In this document: piece after piece, positions 57,897-64,000 of the stretch
How the letters are laid out: each line of letters starts with the position of its first letter
How positions within the stretch are numbered: position 1 is the stretch's first letter
Source: Eledone cirrhosa
Lineage: Eukaryota
NCBI GenBank assembly: GCA_964016885.1
Contig: OZ024740.1
Span: forward strand, 374,542,001-374,606,000
Length of the DNA: 64,000 nucleotides
Direction of reading: 5' to 3'
Notes under the pieces: generated by a model
Databases searched by the model: none
Seen by the model: only the letters and a program-made list of their open reading frames with translations
Told to the model about the DNA's origin: nothing
Program-made: the position numbers and the translations under genes

Positions 57897-57900
<4 letters not shown>
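57455..57900. mobile_element. Inverted pair of the 11838-family PLE end with degenerate hammerheads
   Basis: About 57517-57610 is the reverse complement of 57810-57899. Cores CTGAGGA (-) and GTGAGGA (+) followed by tccg..GAAA. Confidence 0.72.
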
Positions 57901-57937
<37 letters not shown>

Positions 57938-59311
57938 CAAAAAGTTGTTGGTAAAATTCAGTACTTCAGTATGCGGATAGGGAGCACTCAACAGAGATAT
58001 AATTTCTGGAGTTATAATAGTCACGAAACATAAGTCAATTGTATGAACTCATAATCCTTTATTTAACGCTATATATATTTCGATGATAGCCATTGTATGA
58101 CTATACCTGATCAGGCAGTTAGTAAGTTCTTAGATATGCCAGCTCTGGATTTTTGGTGTTGGTGGTTTTAGAGCCTTGGGACATATGAGCTTGTTAGGGA
58201 TAATTTAATGTTGTCAGCAGGAATATCTGAAATCTCATTGGTCAGTTTGTAGATGCTAGTAGGATTGGTATTTGACCACAAAGATGTCGGTGGTGTTGTA
58301 AAGTTCAAACCGTCAGGCAAGATGACAATAGTTCCATATGACGGATTTTCACAAAAAGCGTTCCTGGTCAGATATATATTCAATTAATTTTTATAGTATG
58401 CAAATTGATACTACAGGGCCTTCTTAAATTGAGAAACTTATGTGGGCTGGTATTACTGAAAAGTATGGTTAGAGTCAAATACTTAGAAAGTTTACATATA
58501 AAAAGACTTATGTTGGTTGACTTGTACATACCCTCTCACCCGCCCCCACAGGCACACACACACATCTACACACACAAATCTATACAGATGCGTATATGTA
58601 TGCATGTGCACACAAGTGCGTATATATATACAAAAGAGGCACCCGTATCCAAATATATGGCAGACATAAAATTAGGTAGGTGTTATTTTTAAAGAAAAGT
58701 AAAATGGGTGTTTTCAAAAAAGAAAAATTATTGCTTAGACTAGTCAAAAGTAGGGTGTGATATAAGTAGAGTGTGATATATATCTTCACAGCAATAGCTT
58801 AGGGGCTTTGGAATTTAGGCGATTCCCTTAGTACAGACATATGTTACACGCACCCACACACACTTGTATACCTCTGGATGCGTGTGTATGTCTATATACA
58901 CATGTGCATTCATACAAGAGAGCCTACACAAATATACTCTTAAGCATACACTCGAGCATTTTTCAAATGCAACCTAGTGTATTAGTATTTCGTTGCGTTC
59001 ACATAAGTGCGTACATTCACCTAATCCCGGTATACACACACAACGCACGGTTGCGTGAACGCATTCATGCGTATAGAGTTAGTACCTTAGGATAATCCGC
59101 TCTTCGTGTGTGGGCCACTCCCGGGGGTGGGGGGTTATCAGATTAAAAAAACGTGATTTTGCTGACTCCTAACCAGTAGAGGATCTGGTGGACAATCCAC
59201 TTTGGAGACCACAAACTATGGGTGGAAATGTGAGTCTAAAAGTTGTATTTTTGAATATTGAAGTGCTGCCACGCCGTCCCTGAACAACAAATGCAAAATA
59301 TAAAGCCATTA

Positions 59312-59475
59312 CTGTTAACCAGGTATCTTTAAAATTCATACCACCGAAGTTAATCCCAACTCATAATATTATAATATAACATTAAATCAAATAGTTTAGA
59401 ACTACAAATGAAGCCATTCTTTTCCTTTTTTTAAATATACCTGACTGTACCAAGGATCCTACACATTTTCCAATA
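59312..59475. mobile_element. Family C repeat end
   Basis: gttaaccagg..ccaccgaagtt..ccaactcataatatta..aatatacctgactgtaccaagg..cattttccaa(TA)n; matches 8802-8980. Confidence 0.75.
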
Positions 59476-59833
59476 TATATATATATGTATTAATTCGAGG
59501 ATAGACTGATGATGATGAAGGGTAATTGAACCAATGAGCAGACGTAGAATACCACGCTGTCAAAATGTGCTGTAGATAGTTAATAGCTAGAGATTTTCAC
59601 ACAGAGAATCGAGAGGAGATAGTATAGGTAGCATATCTGACGAGCTTTCGTTTACAGATGTAATATGTTATTAAATATGTTGTGATGCAAAACTGAATCC
59701 ACGTTCCTTTATTCTAATAGTATTATAGTTAGCTCTGCGCGAGCATCAAGTTCTCAACCGGCATACCGCCCACGAAAGCATTTTTTTCTTGCAACCATAC
59801 AACTATACATATATAATAATATATATTAATATA

Positions 59834-59910
<77 letters not shown>

Positions 59911-59913
<3 letters not shown>

Positions 59914-60117
59914 AACGAGTAGGACCCCGACGGCTGAGCTCAAGCCGTTTCGACGGCTAATTCTGGACACTAATTCTAGTCCAGAATTAGCCGTCGAAAC
60001 GGCTTGAGCTCAGCCGTCGGGGTCCTACTCGTTCCTATTACCCACTCTACTACCCTAAGTATTGAGTACTTTGGTGCGTTATGGTCCACCTGGTTCCTTA
60101 CCATATTTCCTTCGTTA
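59911..60117 (+). mobile_element. Young fold-back family A end (58-bp perfect arms, 10-nt loop)
   Basis: 59911-59968 is inverted at 59979-60036. Flanked by (TA)n. Confidence 0.88.
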
Positions 60118-63100
60118 TATATATATATATATATATGTATATGTGTGTGTGTGTGTGTGTGTGTAACGATATCTATTCCATTCTGCTTTTATTTAGTTTC
60201 GCTTAGCCATTTCATTTGATTTAGTAGATGTTAGATACATCCAAGTAATAACACGAATCTGGCCGCAAATACTGCAATGCTCATAGATTCAGTTCACAAC
60301 TTTAGCTCTTAATTCTGAGAAACATTTGCAATAGTTGTATATTCAGGAAGTTGTATCAATACTCATGCGTAATAATACAATTAAAAAATGTTGATCTAAA
60401 GCACGATATAGCAATGCTAGGCAGTTATACTGTTACTTGATTCATTGGACTTGATACATTTATGAGAAGGCTAATTTCACAACGTTTCTATGGGTATACT
60501 GATCTCTATATTCCACTCTTAAGTACAATGAAATGCGAGAGACCTGTTGCAATCAGACGAAAAATGAATTGCATTTGCCAAACATTGTCCTTACTCTATG
60601 CTGCATAATTATATACCTAAAAGTGAATTATATAAAAGATTCACCTGAACCATGTCTAGTAAATTGCCAGTATGCAAAAGCTGAATGATCTTGGGATAGT
60701 TTACACATTTGAAATAAGATTTGGTACTTTGTAATTAAACGAATATATTGAATGCCTTCTTTTCTACGTTCTTTTCCGAGTGTATTATTAGCAACAACCG
60801 TCTCGAAAGGATCTGCTTAGATACTCAAGTGAGACTAATCTAATTTACTTTGCTTGTTATATACCTCTGCTTCTCCTGCTGCTTGGCTTTGCCCCTAAAA
60901 TTTGTCCAGCGATACATTTCTTAGGCCTTTGAACAACTTAGCCGTAGCACTGGAGATGTGACCTCTCGATGAGGGCCCGTTGCCATTCTACTTAGAGCAA
61001 TTACCTGATTTCTGTGCTACGGTTTCTAACGAGTAGCGTTACTCTAAACACACTTCGGCGGAAATCCATTTCAAACACTTGTATTTGTGATCATATATCT
61101 TTCGGTTATTACCAAAAATCATGACCGTATATAAGGGTAGGCATGAATACGGAATCAAAAAGTCTGTTAGGCTTTTACAGCTACCACTTTTCTTCTGATG
61201 ACAGAGTGCTGACGCTGGCAAACAAACTCGTATTTAAGTAAATGACTTTCCAAATATTATGTTAACATTTTTAAAATATGTGTAGTATTTACTGCCTATA
61301 TGAGTAATCCATTTTGTCCTAATACTAACATTTATAGTATTTTCGTGCATTTTCAATGATACCTACATTATTACTGTTATGCATGTTCTGTAGACCCTAC
61401 TCATATAAGCTTTTCTAAAACTATTGCCAAACGATTAGTTTCTTATTTACGTGAATATTGTTTTGAGGTCAACATTTTGTCTATGGATACAGTTTCGCAT
61501 GAGCTTTACGTTTCTTAAGAGACATTATTTCTTTTTAGACGTAGATGTGAATATCTCAGGTAATATTTGAAAACATATTTGAATGTGACATGTTCAACGT
61601 TTATAATTAGGAAAATATCATACACGTAATCAAAATGATGTTATTACATTAGGACAAAGCAGGAAACAATTAGATAAATGATAAATGATTTTTCTAAACA
61701 TTATGTATATAAGAAGCAATAATAACCGATTATATTTGTTGTTACTAATTCAAATACTAGATCACATGTAATATTATTTCCTTTCAAATTCCCTTCTCTT
61801 CGCTAATGTAATTAGCCAAGTGTTGAAAAAGAAGTAGTATCATTTGTCTTCAAATATCCTTTATCAAATATATACGGTTTTGTTGAATACTAAACACACA
61901 GACATATCACCTAGATCCAGGTTTTCTCATCGATCTGATGTGAAAATTCAATACAAACTTGCTGCTATTTTCTATGGTTAAATGGAACGCGCTGATTTAA
62001 AATTAACTGACATGGCCAATAATATAATGATACACTAGCAACAGGTTTGAACTAACGAAAACCAAATCAAATAGTGTTGAAAATAACTAAATATTTAACA
62101 GTATTAAATGTAACCATAATTTCTCTAGAATACTATTTCAGAGGATATAAGAGCGTTCTACTCTCATAACGAAATAGAAGTAATATCAATTCCCGCCTTG
62201 TAATAGTCATGCAGCAACTATTCCCATGCAACAGCTAGACATTGATTTTCCGTTCTTCTGTTGCTTTAATTTATGGTAAATGATTTCTATTGATTTTTTT
62301 TGGAAATTTGATTGGACGATAATGAGTACAACAGAATTACAATTTAATACCAATGCAAATTATCACGTCACTTTACACGTATCTACAGAATAAATTAATA
62401 CAACATCCTCAGTCTACTAATTGTGGACCATATATCAGCCAAATGAACAATTATGTAAATATAATATGTAACAGATTAGCCAAAGTGGTATCGAATTGAA
62501 ATCGGCTTCATAGGTACTCACAACACACATAGAAACAGCATATGATTACATCGTCTTACGAGAATTTTCATTTATCAAATTTATATTGGTGAGATCAGAG
62601 TAAACTTGAGTTTTCTCTTTTTAAATGAAATGCAAATATCCCTTTGCACATATTCTGAGTTTCTCGAAATTTTTTAGTAAATTAGGTTTCTGTGTGATCG
62701 TTCATGACTAGAAATTAACATCATTCACATATATATGCTTTCAATAAATGTATATAATTTTCGAATGCTACGTCGGTCTAACGTCTGAGCAATTAAAGTG
62801 TCAGGGGAAAATCTACTCTCCTGAAAACCATATGTTTCACTACACGGATTGACAAAGAGCAATCTAGTGCATTGAAAAGCGAGAACTTTGTATGACAATG
62901 TAGTTCTAAATGCAATATACGTGAGAAAAGAAAAAAGGCGTTAATGTCTGGAAATTGTTTCATCATTGTTCAGCTGGAGCGGGATTCGAATGGTTTAAGC
63001 AATATAATAAATACACTAGAGTGCCCTCTCACTATTTACAATTTGCCACACATCCAAATTATACAAAGCATTATTAACATTGATGTGAATTCTTATATTC

Positions 63101-63430
63101 ATCGTTACACTATATGAACAATTTCCATCTATCATCACGAGATCATACATAGTGTGACCTCGTTATTTTAATCCCCTAATGTGTTAGATTAACATGCATA
63201 TTAGAGCGTCGAACAAACGGCTTGCAGATTTTTAAGTTCTGTTTTCAAATCCCATCGCGGTATTTGCCTTCAGCCATTTCGTGTTGCACAAAGAAACATG
63301 ATGCCCATTATTTAGGGTTTTAGGGTGTTACATGTATGTATATAAGTGTGCAATATTGTGTGTGTGTGTGTGTGTTTCCTTGTGGGCATGATTCCGGAGC
63401 TAGCAATATGATGTATGTATATATATATAT

Positions 63431-63780
63431 ATTAAGACAGGGGGGAAGAAAAAATGGCTTCACTTGTGCTTTCAACAAATTTATTTTCTTCACAAAATCC
63501 AAAAATAATTTTTTTTTTTTTTTTCCCCGATTAGAAAAAAAAATGTTTTTCTTAAAAAACATTTTTTATTTTATAAATTAACTTAGGTCTTAGGAGTTCT
63601 TGGTTAACGTAGGAGGTATTGTTTCGTTTTTAGAACGACCTTTCACGCTGAGGTGCGCTTGTCAAACTGATGTGTATGTGGTGTGTTGTTCTATATATAG
63701 GGATTTAACATGTCTGTGGTGGGGGTTTTTTTCTCCCCCTTTTAATAAGTGTATGGGTGTAGGTGTGTTGAAAAAGTGTT
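63431..63780. mobile_element. Family C repeat, inverted copy of 24491-24850
   Basis: Near-identical sequence; the same spurious translation MVNVGGIVSFLERPF appears at both loci. Confidence 0.82.
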
Positions 63781-64000
63781 AATAGCAGTAATGAGTTGAG
63801 ACGGTGAGTAGGGTTGGGTGGGGAGAAATGTAGCAAGTGCGGCCTGCCCCGGTCATTCTCGAAAAATTCCTTTATTCAGGGGATTTCTTTGTGTTGAGAA
63901 TGGTCACAGGCAAATTGCACCTGCCAAGTTTGTAAACAATTATTTTTTTCTGAAGAATTTTTCTACGTCCATCCCAAAATTAGTCCTTTGTTCAACACAC

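Noticed and set aside
58168-58383. 71-aa ORF with protein-like composition
   Set aside because: No recognisable motif or splice context.

Overview
AT-rich animal (metazoan) genomic DNA that is mostly repeats. The SINE remnants and heavy (TA)n/(CA)n load look cephalopod/octopus-like, but that assignment is an inference. The window holds at least nine decayed Penelope-like retroelement (PLE) copies or fragments (RT and/or GIY-YIG) from about three clades (Hydra-, Nematis- and Neptune-like). It also holds RTE and R4/Dong LINE remnants, a truncated hAT transposon and a near-perfect 615-bp x5.4 tandem array. The main unannotated layer is RNA structure. About 20 type I hammerhead ribozyme (HHR) folds sit in PLE ends and in small non-coding elements inserted into (TA)n. 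They include U3-A8 compensatory cores (TTGAAAA) in two families, a family with a non-canonical CTGAGAA core, and retrozyme-like units with terminal direct repeats (542/529 nt in two different circular permutations, and 384 nt). Many short copies are fold-back palindromes whose inversion points cluster at or just upstream of the ribozyme. One probable host exon (signal peptide plus start of an ANF-receptor-type domain, minus strand 30476-30747) is split by a 1-nt frameshift. All folds and family assignments were made by eye and need computational and biochemical confirmation.
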